Source: Eledone cirrhosa (lineage: Eukaryota). Taken from it: a stretch of DNA of 64,000 bases. The stretch lies in assembly GCA_964016885.1 (NCBI GenBank), contig OZ024740.1, positions 62,124,001 to 62,188,000 on the forward strand. The letters run 5' to 3'. This document shows positions 1 through 15,215 of the stretch, in pieces (within the stretch, counting starts at the first letter, position 1; the number at the start of each line of letters is the position of its first letter). Made by a program: the position numbers and the translations under genes. The notes under the pieces were generated by a model, which was given only the letters and a program-made list of their open reading frames with translations, did no database searches and was not told the origin of the DNA.

Positions 1-617
1 GGAAGATAGACGTTAAACGATGTTATTGATGATGAAATATATGTATGAATTTGGACATATACACTACCTATTATTTTCAATTAATTTTCTAAATAATCAA
101 GAATTTTGTAATGAATTATCAATAGAGTTAACTTTTTAATTAAACTGGTGTTTGGAGCATAACATAACAAAGGTTTTTGCATAAAATTCTTTTGGAAGTC
201 TTTTTAGATAAATATAAACACTTTAAAGCTTTCTATCATCGAATCAGAGGTAGATTCAGGTGGTCTGGTATCAAAAGGATTACAATGGTGGAAATTTGTC
301 TTGATATGCTTCTGTATCATGTTACTATTCTTCCAGTTGCCCAATTCACTGACAACAGCTTGGTTGTCTTATTCTGTTGGTTACTTACAGCACTCGAATC
401 ATTAATTGCTATTCCATAATTTCATTAGTTACCAATCTGATTCATTTAGAACTCTAATTTAGTTTGTTTGTTTTTTATTCTATATTACTGCTGGCACTGG
501 TTTTGTATTTTCATCTTACTTTATTAATCATAGTTTTAATTTAGTTTTCTTTCAATACTAGCAGCAGGCTGTTCTATGTCTGTCTATCTGTCTCACCCTC
601 TCTCATTATATATATAT

Positions 618-648
<31 letters not shown>

Positions 649-2248
649 AATAAACACACACCATTTTTGTATTTGTTTTGCAAGATTTTTGATATTGTTA
701 TTCTTTGAGAGAGTCATGCTGCCAATAAAAACACACACACACCAGTTGTTTCACTTCAATCTATTATAAGTTCCAGTCAGTTAGTTTAATAATGGTTGTT
801 TAGTTGTTGATTGTCAAAGCTCTTTCATCACACATTCTGTGACCCCTTCAATGACTACTTTTGTTACTTTGTTTCTCCTCTTCTGTTTTATGATTGTGTA
901 ATCATTGGCATATAGGAGTTTCTATGGGCAGCCAGTCATACGTTTTTCAGTGCAGGATGATAGTAAACAGGAGAGGGCTAAGAATAAATGTGTGTGCATC
1001 TGTTACATTTACTATTTGTTTTAAGTTCAATAATTTAGTGGTTCAACAAATAGAGATCAATAAAATAAGTCCCAGACTTTAAAAAAAAAAAGTATTGGGT
1101 GGATATGATCAACTAAATCCTACAAAGGTGGCACCCTAATATGGCTACAACCTAATGACAAACTAGCAAAAGAATAAAAGAATACTTATAAGGAATATAT
1201 TGAGATTATTTCCAAGATTGTTTTTCAGTTTCATATGAAAAAAGGAAATTTATCTATTTTTGCATGAACATATAATAGACTTCTAAATAACAATTAAGGT
1301 CTATGGAACTCTAAGCATTACATGATTGAGTAGAAGAGGAGGCAGCAATAACAGCTTGGAAGCAGTAGAAAAAGCTCTAGCTGCAAAGATGTGACTGGTG
1401 GGATTGGTAAAATATCTCTTGGACAGAAGCCGATGTTTGATTAACCTTGGTTGGGCCATCTGGATGAAGTTGTATGATATAAAACCTGAAACATTCTATG
1501 ACTCTTGGATACTATACTGATGATGAGTCTAAGTATTTGCATTTGTAGATGGATGAAGAAATTGTTTCATGAATAATAAAGAAGAAAAATGAATCTACTT
1601 TTGCATGAGCATGTAGTTGATTTGTAAATAGCAGTTAAGTATGTGTTTCCTGTTCCTGAGTAAGAAATATGATGTAGTATATGAGGTGATTGTAGATATC
1701 ATGTTTCGTTTTCTTGAAACATTTCTTTTGTTTGCCCTTGTTCTTTCTGCACAGCATAAATAGATCTAATTAGATTTCCCATACTCACTACATTAAATAC
1801 GTTAAAACTAACTTAACTCTCATTGTTTTTTATATGGATGGATGATGTGTATGAGTAATTAAGCTTTTTTTTTATTTTTTTAAAAATCCTTTTAAACGTG
1901 ATCCCTACCCCTCACTTTTGGGTGACTGCATTAAAATCACTTTAAAAAGAATATTGTCACTTAAACCTGGAATGTTAAATTTTTCCTCTTCCTCATAGCA
2001 AACCAATTTATAATTTCACCTATGAACTATTTATACTCACAAATTGCTGATGGGCACTACTACAAATTTCTCCAGAGCCTACTGTTATTGTTTTGGTATT
2101 AGTTTCAGAAAAATAGGTTCTATCTTTATTTCTGGTATGGTAATTCCATTGTAAAATCTCTAGGTTTAAAAGAAAGTGTTGTTTAAGCAAAGGTGACTCT
2201 CTGTAGTTGGTTAAATGTGTTAAATATACTTGCATGAAAATGGTTTAA

Positions 2249-2435
2249 CCCTTTAGCATTTACATTATTCTATATTTACTATTGTATTTTCATAACATCG
2301 AATCTATGAGATTTTGATACTATTTATTTTGAGAACAATACATTAACATCAGAATGATTGGCCAGTTACATCTGGTTTGAACAGAAAGAGGTGAGAGAAT
2401 TCTGGCCAGATATAGCTGGTTTAAATGCTAAAGTG
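2249..2435. mobile_element. piggyBac-like MITE, same family as 17871-18067
   Basis: TTAA|ccctttagcattta ... taaatgctaaagtg|TTAA; internal sequence homologous. Confidence 0.85.
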
Positions 2436-5400
2436 TTAAAACCACTAATAGGTAATTAAGGGTGTCTAATGGCAGAATTGTTCAAGTGTCAGACAAATAC
2501 CTTGCACTATTTGTTCTGGTTCTTTGTATTTTCAGTTCAAATCCTGCCAAAGTCAATTTTACTTTTGATCCTTCTGGGTTCTATAAAATGAAGTACCAAT
2601 CAAGTACTAATTCTCCCTTCTCGCATATTCTCTAAGAATTGGCAACACCATGCTGTGATAAATATATAGGGGAACACTTACAATATTGTTTTCCTTCAAG
2701 ACAACCATTTGTCTTCTACTGCATTGGAAGAATATGGTTGATGAGGTTCTTGCAAAATGATGATGGATTGACAATTATATAAAATCAAATTCTATCTTCA
2801 TTTTATTCTTGTTTTACTTGTATTTGTTACAACATTGAGTACTAGAGTAGCACTCATTGCATGGACACAGACATGGTTAAGTGGTTAAGAAGTTTGCTTT
2901 GCAATCATGAAGTCTTCAGTTTGATTCCACTTGTGTCAACCCAAGCCTTGTGTGGGAAATTGGGTAGACAAGAACTGTAGAAGCTTGCCTAAGGTGCCAT
3001 GCAGTAAGATTGAACCCAGAACCACATGGTTGTGAAGCAAACTACCTAACTACACAGTCATGCCAACATCTCCCAATATAAAGATGATCTGATTTAATGG
3101 AGTACATTTGATTCATAATTTTAACTTTGAAGGTTAGAATATTGAATTTAGTTTAACTAAGTTGTTAAATAGTTAGAAAGTGGTGAAAATTTGTTTGAGG
3201 GTATCTATTAAAATATTGCTAAATGTGTTATAATTGAATACAAGAGTTGTAGTAATTAAGAGACTTTCAGTTTAACAAATATCCTAATATCGAATTTTCG
3301 GTGTTGCATATTTAGTTCATGCATGACATTCAGCTTTTAAGCATCTCATGTATTGATTTTATTCTCAGTGGATTTCAGGTATCTAGTAATAGGAAAAACA
3401 CACACACACACTTCTTTTTATGAAAAAAATCTTCTCCAAATCTTCTCCAAACTAAACAAAAAAATAACTAATAGAAATTATATTTGATAAAATATTCTGC
3501 ATATTTCTAATTTTTCCTCCAACTACTTGTTCTATTTTATCTCCTGTACTATTCATAAAGATTTTAATTTACTGAGCCTATCCCCATTGCCAAGTTCTTG
3601 ATAAACATTTCTCATACTTTTTTTTCTCTTACTACTTGCTTTTATTTATCTCTGTACACTTCGTAAACATTTTCATTCTTTGTGTTCCAGCTTTACACAC
3701 TGGCACACTTTTGTGTTAGAATTAATCTGTCACCTGATTTAATACTACCATTTGGCCCTTAGTTGCCTTTAAGTGTCCACTTTATTGCAAACATCTAGGT
3801 CAGGTTTTTGGTTTTGAGATACCTTTCTTCTGCCCTCCTACTAATTATGACGGCACAAGAGTCATAGGCACTGCTCTTCCCTTTATGACTAAACAATGAA
3901 GAAAAACAAATAGACTCATGCAAAATTCAAAATTGGTGTCAGTTATAGCTGTGTTTTTAATAATTTTAGCTAAAATCTTGTACAAAGCCAAAGTGGAATT
4001 TCTATAATTTTTTTTTGTATAAATTAGTTGGGGAAGAGAAAGGGCAAGACTTTTGTAGGCCTGGCTAGACTGATGAGATTGGTATAGCTGATGTTCAGAC
4101 TGCATATTGACAGGGAAAACAGTTGAAGCACAAAGCACCCAAAGACCAGGTTGCAGTGTTAACTTTTAACATACTGTAAAATGATTTAGCAGAAAATATC
4201 TTAAAAATTAGGTTTGTTAATTCAAATGTTTATAGTATCTTTACTAATGGACAGAAATTTGTGAAAACTTGCAGTATGAAAGACTTTAATTCTTAATGTG
4301 ATGCAGTCATGATACAGTTTTATATGGTACAGGATATTGAGTTAAAACTTGTATGTCAAGCCTGCTACCCAAAAGTTGTTTGTGCATGAAGAGACTAATG
4401 CAGTTGCATTATGGTTTGCATGATGGTTTGATGTTGTTAAAACTAAATTTTAGAAGTGCCCCTTAATACTTAATGAGTTATTGTTTCACCACTGAAGACT
4501 TCATCATAGCATATTTGTAGGCAATTCTGTTTAGTGGAGCTCAGGCAATTGACAGTGTCTAGTAATCACAACTATGAAATGAAATGCCTCAACTGGGTAT
4601 TAAACCTGTATCATAGGTTTCACTCAATGATTTAACACCATTTGACAGCACTTGCACTGCTGGATGACATGTATAGATAATTTTTATCTTAAAAGAAATT
4701 TTTATGTAGGACATTCAGATATTTACAATAGCAATGTAAATCAGTGTGATGATTGCATGTTGTATATTGATTGTATAGAAAAACGTATGTGATGACAACT
4801 CTAGGTGAGATTGTGAACAGTCTTACATAGAGTTACAGATATTATGTAGATTTACATTCACAAAAACAAACAACAGGTCCACAACAGAAAAGAAGCAATC
4901 TGCATAGAAGGCAATGTTTCACACCTAGTTCACTGTGTTCTGTAGCATTCTGCACCAGTCTCTCTCTCTCTCTTTTCTACAACAGCCTTCATGAAATTTA
5001 CACCTATGCCAGTTTAGCTAGTCTCCTATGACTTTACATCTCATAGGAGGTTTCTCAAGTGTTTTAACTCTTCTGATACCGACTTGCATGAAATCCCCTT
5101 CTGTTTCTTTGATACCAAACTATTTGTTTAAACCGTTTAAGAAGCCTATTATAATTTTCTGTAATAACTTATGGTAAGTTATGTTCCAAACTCTAGTTTA
5201 ATAATTAGAAAGTTATATTACTAAATCCCTCCAAATTCTTAATTTCAAAATTATTTGAAAGTCACAGGAAGTTTTGATAGTAACATAGTAATGAAAAGAT
5301 TAATGATAGAAGTTCTAGTCTCATCATGAAAAAATGTGAACCGAAGTATCTTACTCAAGAATCCAACACCCTAACTACTTGGCCACATGCTTTCACATTT

Positions 5401-6204
5401 TGATTATATATCTTGGTAATAATTGGAGGAGGTAAGCTTGAAAAATGTTTTTCTGTATGTCTTAGTGTAGAGGAGAAGCAGCTCTTTCAAGACTTTGTGA
5501 GATCAATATGATTGATTATAAGTCAGTAAAATTTCAAGTACTCTCAGCTGAAGTTATCTGTGCTGTTTATGGGGATATGTTAAGTGTATGTTTCTATGTA
5601 TGGACCCAGAACGTCTGATAGTCATAAGGGTGCCAGTGAGACGTGTCTTAGGCATCTAAACTTGGCAGGGCCCATTCCTAATATAGGTCTCAACACAGCT
5701 AATTTCTTCCTGAGATTGAGAGAGAGGAAGTGAGAAAGAGATATCCAGGAAGAATTGACTTTGGTTCTGGTTTTGTACTTTTTTTTACCAACCTCAACTG
5801 GATGAATGGCAAATTTAACCTTGGCATGATTTGAACAGAGTGCAGAGAGCCAAAACGGACATTAACAATCTATCAACTCTGCCAACCTGGATATGCTAAG
5901 TATAGCCAACAAAAGAATGTCAACATGACTTCAAGTGAACATTGAAATGTACTTTGGACATCTTCAATAGTCTATTTGATAAAATCAACCTATTAGTTGG
6001 TTTACATGGTGTAAAGGCCTTTCCATATTTTAATGGTGAAGATAATATATGTGCCTGGATAAGTTTTTGTTATGCTGTTTGTGTTTGTTACACCTAACCC
6101 CTATAAGATCACAGGATTATATAAAATATTGAAATTCTATTATTGCAATGCTGAGCTGCATCAACATTTTCAATTTTGCATGCACCTTGTCATAACTCAA
6201 TAAA

Positions 6205-6410
6205 GAAGCCTTTACATGGTCACCGAACATGCTAGAAATAGCAGCCATATTCCCTCAAATCATTCCCCACCATCTTTTAAAAATGGCAGATACATTAGAT
6301 AATATATTCCTATATACACGATCTACAAAAATAAATGATTGAATAGTCATAGCTGGAATGATTTTGATCTTAGGCCTGCTCAGTCTGGTCTGATCTGGGA
6401 CTAAACAAAA
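6205..6410 (+). repeat. Unclassified interspersed repeat; inverted copies at about 14620-14790 and 56570-56760, partial at about 43540-43620
   Basis: Shared gctagaaatagcagcca..ctcaaatca and gtcat(a/g)gctggaat motifs. Confidence 0.6.
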
Positions 6411-9400
6411 AGTTTTTCATTTTATTTTCCATTATATCAATATTCCATTACCATATTTCTAAGGGAATCCACTGCCAAGGATTTTCAAATTGTTTTGAAA
6501 ATAAGGATTTGGATGTATTTGGTAATATAGCTTTCTCATTATTAAGCTACTGTCTGGAGCATACCTTAAGTTTTTATGTAAAATTATGATGGGAGGGTTT
6601 TAGATAAATATTAGCACATTAAAATAAACAGTTTCATGCAGTTTGGTAGTAAATTGTTCATAAGTCATATTTATTCCCTTCATTATCTTTCTATTTGATA
6701 CAACTTGTAAGTTAGAATATTACCAGTTATGCTTTTTTTTAATGTTAATTGCTGTAACACCTTGCAGAACTATTCAGTAATATCTTTGTTTAAATTGATA
6801 GGTTTTTGATTGGGTAAGTGGTGGAATTTTTTTCTTTCCCTCTCTCCCAGATTTTATTTTCATAATGATTTTGTATATTCTTTGAAAAACTTAAACAAAT
6901 ATCTTGGTCCAATCCAATGGTGAAGATTTAATGTTTCAGATCTACTTTATTGCATGTCATATTAATTAGAAAGTATTTGCGTTTCAATGTACATTGTACA
7001 AATTATGACTGTCTAATCCTTAAAGTAAATATTACTTGAGACAATCTGTCTGAGTAGCAAACTCTCTTCATTAGTAATCTTTTGTTTGTAATTTACTGTT
7101 GTGTAACCTTATTCCTCTGTTATATATATATTTTTTAATGGCTTTTTTTGTCATTTAAAAAGTAATTTTTAGTCAGGTAGTGCTTGTAACCACTTTTAGG
7201 GTCTCTGAGACTGGCAAAAGGGAAGGGCATTGCTCATGATCCCTTTGAGGGCCTTTCAGACTGGTGGAAGGAAAGGAGAAAGGTATTCTCAAACTGGAGA
7301 TCTGGCCTGAATAGTTTCAAAAAATGGAGTCTGCTAAAGGCACATAAAGGCCAAGTGGTGGTGTTAAATTGGACTGTGAATTAAGTGGGTCATTCAATGT
7401 TTAAAAAATTTAGTTAATACGACTTGGACTGGTACTTTATCTTTATCTATTCCAAGAGGATAAAAGACAAAGCTGACTTGTGCTAAATTTGAATGCAGTG
7501 TGCAGATTGCCAGAACAAACACAAGGTATTTTGTCTGATGCCCTAATAACAAAAGATCAAAAGCCATTCTATACTTGCTTTTTACTTCCTTTTACCCTCT
7601 TTGTATCTTCCTTCCTTGACCTTGTGCTAAGTAGTATTTTTTTCCTGAAATTGCCTTACCTGAGAACTCACTACTTGATCATACGTTTTTCCTTATTCTC
7701 TAACTCCAATCTAATTCAATTTAAAATTTACTACAATAATATTGGTCATCTTACATCCCACCTCCTTCCAATCTCCAGGAGAGCTTTCAAAAGAAACAGG
7801 CACTTCTATTCTTCCTTGTACTAATCACTTATTGAATGGAAAGATGTCTGTGTTTAGTTACTATTCTACATTTAAGTTTTACTCCGAATGACTTATTTCA
7901 TTCATGTGGAGTTCTTGGTAGATATACTGCCAACATGCTGAGATTGGAGATAATTGTGTTTGAGTGGCTACTAATGTGCTATAGGTGTTATTAACTACAA
8001 CCATCACTCACAATCAAGTATTACTTGGTAGGTACTCTGCTTTTACTAAGGATTTTAGATGGTCAATCAGTTGCAAAGATCAGACACACATACCTTCTTC
8101 ACTCTTCCTCAATTGATCCAGCAGAACACACAGGATGTGACAACTGGAAGGAAAGTGAGGGGTGTAACAGAACTGGGCTGGTACTCTCTTTGATTCTGAA
8201 AGGTTAATTGAATCTTGGTGGGGTTTGAACTTTGAGCACAGAGATCTGAAACATATCTAATGATCTGACTACTCTGCCAAATTGACCACCTATAGATGGG
8301 CTCAGTCACTTAATATAGACTTTTATAGTGTAAAGTTATGGATTTTTAATCAATTTTTTAATGCAAAATATACTTTGAATCTAAGTAAACTTGTGTATTA
8401 TTCTGACATTCGATAATTAGCTTGAGATATTGCTATTTATTGATTTAAAAATGAATTAAAATTGTATGTAATGGAGTGAATAAATCCTTTGTCAACAAGA
8501 AGCTCTTATTTATTTACTTTATTTAATCTTAATTATTGCCACTTCAAAAATAATAAAATAACAACAATATTTGTAAACTAGATTTATTTCTCTTTCTATC
8601 TTTTCAAAAATTGCTTTTTAATTTGTCAGGCAATTTTGGTGTAAATCACTTGAGGATAACTTTCTTGCATGCTTGCTTGTTACTTTTGAGTTATTTTGTC
8701 AAATTAGAGTTATATATTGGATTTGTTTAGCCTTCATTGTTTGTATATGTTCTCAAACACATTATCTTTTGTTATATTGCTTTTCTTTCTAAACTTCAAT
8801 TCCGACATCTCTTTACTGTCATACTTGATTTCTGTAATAACATATTCTTTTAAAGCAATTATAGTTTTATCTGGATAATTAATTTGTTTTGAGATGTATT
8901 GCTTTTTGTTAATGTTTTGAGAACAGTCACAGATAAGACAAATGAATTCTAATGTTATGGCATTTGTAGAGAATTCTTGTTTGTCAACTTAGTCTTTCTT
9001 TTCCATTCTCATTGCCAACTTCCCAGATTATTTCCCTCTGTGTCTTAATTAAGTAGACTCTGATATTGGAATTTAAAACAGTTGCTCATTGCAACTGATG
9101 CATCTACCTATTCAAAGACATGTGTCTCCAGATTTATTTATATAATTTGGTTACATTTCACTAAGTCATTCTTTATGTGTTGGCAAATTCTGATACATTG
9201 ACATCTGTTTTCTGCCAACTTGAAACCAGATAATAAACAAGCCTCTGTGATCTGATTGTATTCTTCATTCTTAATGAAGGCTGAGATTATATTGCAAAGA
9301 ACGTTGTTCTTATATCCACTGATATTTAGATTCTTGCTCCACTCTTATGTTTTCCTACATTTTCATGTACACATGACTACTAAAAAAGTAGTATCAGATA

Positions 9401-12400
9401 TATGAGGATGTGAGATCAAATGTGTATGTATATCTGAGTGCACTCTGCAAAGTGTTTGGCATTCAGAAGGGCATTCAGTTGTAGAAATCATGCCAAATAT
9501 GGAACATATTGAGCTGTAAATTGTTCCTTAATATGCCTAGGTGAACATGAACTCTGATTAAGTACTTAGCTAATCTTTGATGACCCGTTCAATTCCTGCC
9601 ACTGTGGAAAATCATTGTCATTATCATTTCATGCCCCCTTTTCATGCTGGTATGGGTTGGGTGGGATGTTACATAATAATGATGTTTGTAAATTGTGTGT
9701 GTGTGTAATAAACTGATAAGCAAATAAATTTTGTGTGTGTGTATGTCTTTTCCAAAGATCAGACTTTCCTTCCACTGCATAACTACATATCTCCAATTAA
9801 TTTTTGGTCTGTTGAAAACTATACACATCTTGTGAGTAATTTTCCTTGGTGTTAATGACTTTTCTTTTATAATTTCAATTGATTAAAAATTGTGTATAGC
9901 CTACCATCGTAAGTTTAGTAGTCTACTTTTAGCCATGTGTTCTCCATGCAGAAGACACACCTATGAAATTTTCCAATGTGTGTGAGTCCTGCTTTTAGAC
10001 TAGATACACCTCATTCCTGCACTTCGTAAGAAGTGACAATGGGTATCTGACTGTAAAACACTGTATCAAAATGTGTTATTCAATTCATGTCAGAATGGAA
10101 AAGCTGTCAGAAATGATGACGATGTATCTATGTGCATCTATATAATCAAATGTTTCTGAAATTGTTATAGATGTTCAGACACAAACTTTGCCTTTCAACC
10201 ATCCAAGGTTACTAAAATAAGTATTGGGGTTGACACAATTAATACTGATGCCCCAGCATGGCCACAGTCAAATGACAAACTAATAGATAAAATAGAAAGA
10301 CATTAGATTCATCTTGGGCTGAGTTATTACTAGATGAATAGTTGCTATTATATTTTATGGTATTTGTGATCAATTTATATTGTCAATTCATTACAGAGCT
10401 TATTTTATGTCAGTCTAAATGTATTTTCTTTATGTATTTGGTTATTATTTTTATGTATAGATATCAATATATCTCAGTTCATCCAGTTTCATCAGATTTA
10501 TAGCCAATTTACATTATGTAATTTACAATTTGCTATACACTATTACCATCATTTATACGTTTAATTTTTCTATGCTAGCATGAGTTAGATGACTTTTTTG
10601 AGGCAGTATTCTATGGTTGGGTGCCCTTCCTGGTGCCAACACTGCTTTTTAAAAAATAATTTTTATTATATAGTTAGGTACAGATCTTTACATGCCAAAC
10701 CACTAAGCCACATGATATAAATGCCATTTTTAACAGTGTCAAATGTGAGGACATGGAGATACACATAAACATATGTGATGGGATTTGCACAGTTTCCATT
10801 TACCAAATTTTATCCCAAGGCTATGGTTGGTCCAAAGTTATAGTAGAAAACACTCACCCAAGGTGCCATGCAATAGGATAGAAGGTGAAATCATGTTGCA
10901 AAACCAGCTTCTTAACTACACGGCCATTCTATTTATGACTGATATATTCTTAAAATATTACATTAATTACACAATTACATATACACACACAATGCAACTT
11001 ATATTAACATACAAGTAAAAACAGAAATGAAAATTGGCAAGTGAGCCATGTGGAAATCAAGTCTCCCATTTCATGTCTTTGTTAGTAGTTATAAATTGAT
11101 TTTTTTTAAATTTTATATTAATGTTTCTTTTTACTATTTTCTTATAACCTTAAAAGCTCGTACATCTGTTTGTACCAGTTGCTTTGTTCAGTAGTAATTC
11201 TTGTTACCAATGTGAAACATTGAAATCTACCATGCTTTTGACCTATATCTGTTCTTCTTTATAGAGTTACTTAGACTGGAAGATGTTTTCTTTTTCAATT
11301 CGCTTAATCAAGGAAATATTTTGATTTAATGCCTATTTTGTCCTGACTAAATTTGTCTTACATTATTTCTCTTAATGTATATCTTCATGATATATATTTT
11401 TAGAATGCATTTATAGATATTTTTCACTTCCACTATTACCATCTCTGCAGCCACCAATACTACAACCTGAACCAATGGTGGTGGTGCTCTTTGGAACTAC
11501 TACTAATACCATTGCGACCACCACCGCCACTACTACTTTCTAATCCTTCTTTATCCTATTCATTATCATATTAGACAATCTATAATTTTCAAATCATTTT
11601 GAAAATAATCAAGAATTTAAAAAGATTTACTAAAATAACTTTCTCATTATCAAACTGATGTTTGGAACAAAAGTTAACAAAGCTTCTTATATAGAATTAT
11701 GAGGGAAGTTTATTTCAGATAAACACTTTAAAATAAACAACTTTTTATCATAGAACTAGTTTCAGGCAGTTTGGTATCAAAAGGGTTATGCATGAAATTT
11801 AGATACACTTAAGATCAAATCCACATAATTATATTCTCCTTCATTCTTCTTGATATTATGCAAGTTCTGTGTTTATAATGTTAAGATATTTCGGATGACT
11901 GTTGACATTATCTACCCTCCAATGCTTTCTTCTTCAAGAAAGTATTTTATGTTGGCAAGGTTATAAAATTACATTGAAAATTAATGCCTGAGGAATAAGT
12001 TAAAGGTACTGTGTTTGGAGGCAGCAAATTGGCAGTGTTGTTAGAATGCCAGATAAAATGCTTTGCAGTATTCATTCTGGCCCTCTATGTTCTGAGTTTA
12101 AACTCCACGGTCAACTTTGCCTTTCATCCTTTTGAGCTCAATAAAAAAAAACACCAGTTCAGTACTGGGATTGATTCTTCCTCTATATCTCTTTCTTATT
12201 TCCTCTTTATCATTCTCTGCCCTTTTCTGGAAGAAATTGGCTGTGTTCTGATCTGGAGAGGGGATGGACTCTGCCAAGTTTAAAATGCCCAAGACATGCT
12301 GTATATCACTACAGTACCCCTATTATTCTATTAGAAGGTACAGGTCAATATTTACTATATTTGGACACAAATCTAGATGTATGGATCCAATTGTTATTTG

Positions 12401-12792
12401 GCTCATCTACCATTTTTGTTTCTTTTTAAGCCAAAATGTTTGTTAGCATTTTATAATCAGCAAAATGATCTGCAGTTTATTTCTTGTCAGTGACATAGTG
12501 GTGTTTCCATGAACAAGATACCATATATTCAGATAAGCACATTCATATTTTGAAGAAAAATGTTTGGGAAAAATATTATAGGTGAAGGAATTCACTTGCA
12601 ACTAGTTGGTTCTAGATTCCATCTTGCTGCATGGCATCTTGAGCAAGTGCCTTCTATTATAGAATGTGAGTGAATTTGGTATCCCTAAAAGAGGATTGCT
12701 TTACAAAAATTATCATTTGTTGCTATTCTTGTTTATGGCTTCCAAAGTCACTATAGACGAAGCCAAAAGCAGTAGGCTTGTGGTTTCCCACA

Positions 12793-13004
12793 TTAACTCT
12801 TAACATCCTGCAATGATTTAGCAGAAAACAGGTTTGCTAATTCAAATGTTTATAGTATCTTTACTAGCTGACAAATCACAGAAAATTTGTAGTATGAGAA
12901 TAAAGACATGAATCTTTAATGTAATGCAGTTATAATGCTGTTTTGTACTTTCCAAGAATGTCTTGCTAAAGCGGTTTCATGCAGTACATGACTTTAAAAG
13001 TTAA
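12793..13004. mobile_element. TTAA-flanked MITE-like repeat; second copy at about 4159-4345
   Basis: Shared core ggtttg(c/t)taattcaaatgtttatagtatctttacta; ttaact..agttaa termini. Confidence 0.65.
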
Positions 13005-13770
13005 ACAATGTTAGTGGAATGTCTAATTTTTGATATTCAGAGTTATATTATGTTTCTAGCTGCTGTAAGTGAGCAAACCAATATGAAGTTAAGAGTTAAC
13101 TTTTCTGATTAAAATTCTCCAACAGCTGTTATTAGACATAAATCAACTAAGTTCAGTATTATATACACTATATCTAAGTATTGATTGCTGATTTGGTTAA
13201 TTAGATGTCCTGTTGTTTGGACTAATTTACTGTTTATTCATTTTTTATCATTAGCCTTGAGAGAAACATTCCACAAAATTCATTGTTATCATTGTCATCA
13301 TTAAAGAGACTATATCTTTTGCCCAGGTCATTAGTCCATCATAAAACTTTATAATTAATGTTATCTGTGTAGTTTTCTTTTCTTATCACTTAATTTAATT
13401 TCTCTTATCGTTCTGGTGCAACTTTTTTCTTGTTGCTCTCAGGATAAGTTACTTTCTAATCTGATAATGTTTTCCAGGTTAAAAAATATAATTGAATTTG
13501 TATCTCACATGAGCTACTATCAAAGACCTGTGTTTCTAGAATTATTATTGCAAGAACTATCGATTGATGTTTTTTTCTTCTTTTTTGTGTAACTCCTTTT
13601 CTGTTGGTTTGGTTCCAAGTAAAATATCTGTGCTCATGGTGTTCCCAGACTTTCTGAGCCTATGTGAAATCAACATGGTTATTGTTCATCAGAGGGTTGA
13701 TGTTAGGTACAATTTTGTTTTATTCTCTATGTATTAACTAAAGATTCATTCTGAAGGTTTTTCTCTGAGG

Positions 13771-14118
13771 TCATCATCATCATCACCATTTCATTTTACG
13801 TCCGCTTTTTCCCTGCTTGCAAGGGTGGGACGGGAACTGATTCTGGCTTGATTTCTACAGCTGGATGCCCTTCCTAACACCAACCTCATTTACAGTAAGT
13901 GCTGGGTGCTTTTTTGCCGTAGCACCTCCACGACCACTTTGCAGTGGAATGATATGGACCCCAGTCCCTATCATCTCATTTCTACAGCTGAGTAAACTGG
14001 AGCAATGTGAAATAAAGTGTCTTGCTCAAGGAAACAACACATCACCTGGTTTGAGAATTGAACTCACAACCTTTCGATTGCAAGGCCAATGCTCTAACCA
14101 CTAAGCCATGTGCCTCCA
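13771..14118 (-). mobile_element. SINE-R copy
   Basis: Near-identical to 34587-34923 (reverse complement). Confidence 0.9.
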
Positions 14119-14290
14119 TTACTTATTATTTATGTAAGTATGAATGGAGCCTTTAACTATGAAAATAGTTAATAAAATAAGTACCAGGCAAATGCTGGGG
14201 TTAATATAATCAACTTGAGCCCCCCTCCCCTCCTCCCAAAAAAGAAAAAAAAAAGAAATTGTAGCATTCTGTCTGTTAGAAATTAATAAT

Positions 14291-14473
14291 TGTTTCTACT
14301 TTTGGCACAAGGCCAGCAATTAACCAGTGCATTACTGGTACTTTATTTTATCAACCCCGTAAGGATGAAAGGCAAAGTTAACCTCGGCGGGATTTGAACT
14401 CAGATCATAAAGGGAGGTAACTCTATGCTTCAAAGCATGGTGTCCGGCCCTCTACCGATACTGCCAATCCACC
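14291..14473 (-). mobile_element. Young tRNA-derived SINE with central gcctttcatcc..ggtcgataaa..agtaccag domain (SINE-M), full length
   Basis: Head ggtggattggcagtatcgg and B box gttcaaatc. 16-bp TSD gttagaaattaataat at 14275-14290 and 14474-14489. Central domain resembles Meta/Sauria-type SINE cores (tentative). Confidence 0.88.
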
Positions 14474-15061
14474 GTTAGAAATTAATAATGAGGTTCAAAC
14501 AAGTGGGCTTGTTTAGTTTTCTTTGGAATTATTCCAAGGCAATGCTCATGTCATGTCTGTTAAAAGAGAAAACAATATTTCTTATTATTTATTAACTGTT
14601 GTCATGTGGTACTGTTATTGTTTAACCCTGGTCAACCCTGATAAAACAGCTATGACCATATCATATTTTTGGGAGTATCTACGGCTACATTGTCTAGTGT
14701 GTCCTTTTTTTAAGATAGTAGTGTGATTTCATGGAGATTTGGTTGCTATTTTTTGCAAGTCAAGTGACTCCAGTAGCACTTCTTTCTTGGCTAGCAGCTT
14801 GTGGCAGGATGGATGTCTTGTGACCAAATCACCTCAAGAACCTAACTTTGCTGCACTCTACTTTAGTCAGTGAAAGTCTGCTTTGGTTGATTGCTGCTCC
14901 AACAAATAGTCTCCTCCAAGTTGATCTACCCCACCATTCCTCGGGCCCCTTTTTTTCTCAGCCAATTTAATTACATTGAGAAAGAAAGCTGGAAGTATTT
15001 AACCCACCACAACTGGTAATATTTTCCAGGCTAACCCTCTCACACACATACACAATCATAG

Positions 15062-15215
15062 GCAGAAGTATGGCTGTGTGGTTAAGGAGTTCACTGTGCA
15101 ACAATGTGCTTTTGGCTTCAGTCTTACTGAGTGGTACTTCAAGAAAGTGTCTGCTACTATAGCCTCAAGTTAATCAATACCTTGTGAGTAAAATTAGGTA
15201 AATGGAAACTGGGAA
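15062..15215 (+). mobile_element. Old abundant CORE-type tRNA SINE (tggctgtgtggttaag...gtagacggaaactg); other copies near 2870-3062, 10785-10925, 18500-18640, 24745-24885, 31285-31378, 46105-46255 and 47680-47825
   Basis: Recurrent head and caccttgggcaagtgtctt-like CORE motif in both orientations. Confidence 0.75.

Noticed and set aside
13865-14104. Recurrent MPFLTPTSFTVSAG ORF (also 27286, 35073, 41918)
   Set aside because: Antisense translation of the SINE-R/RTE 3'UTR, not a gene family.
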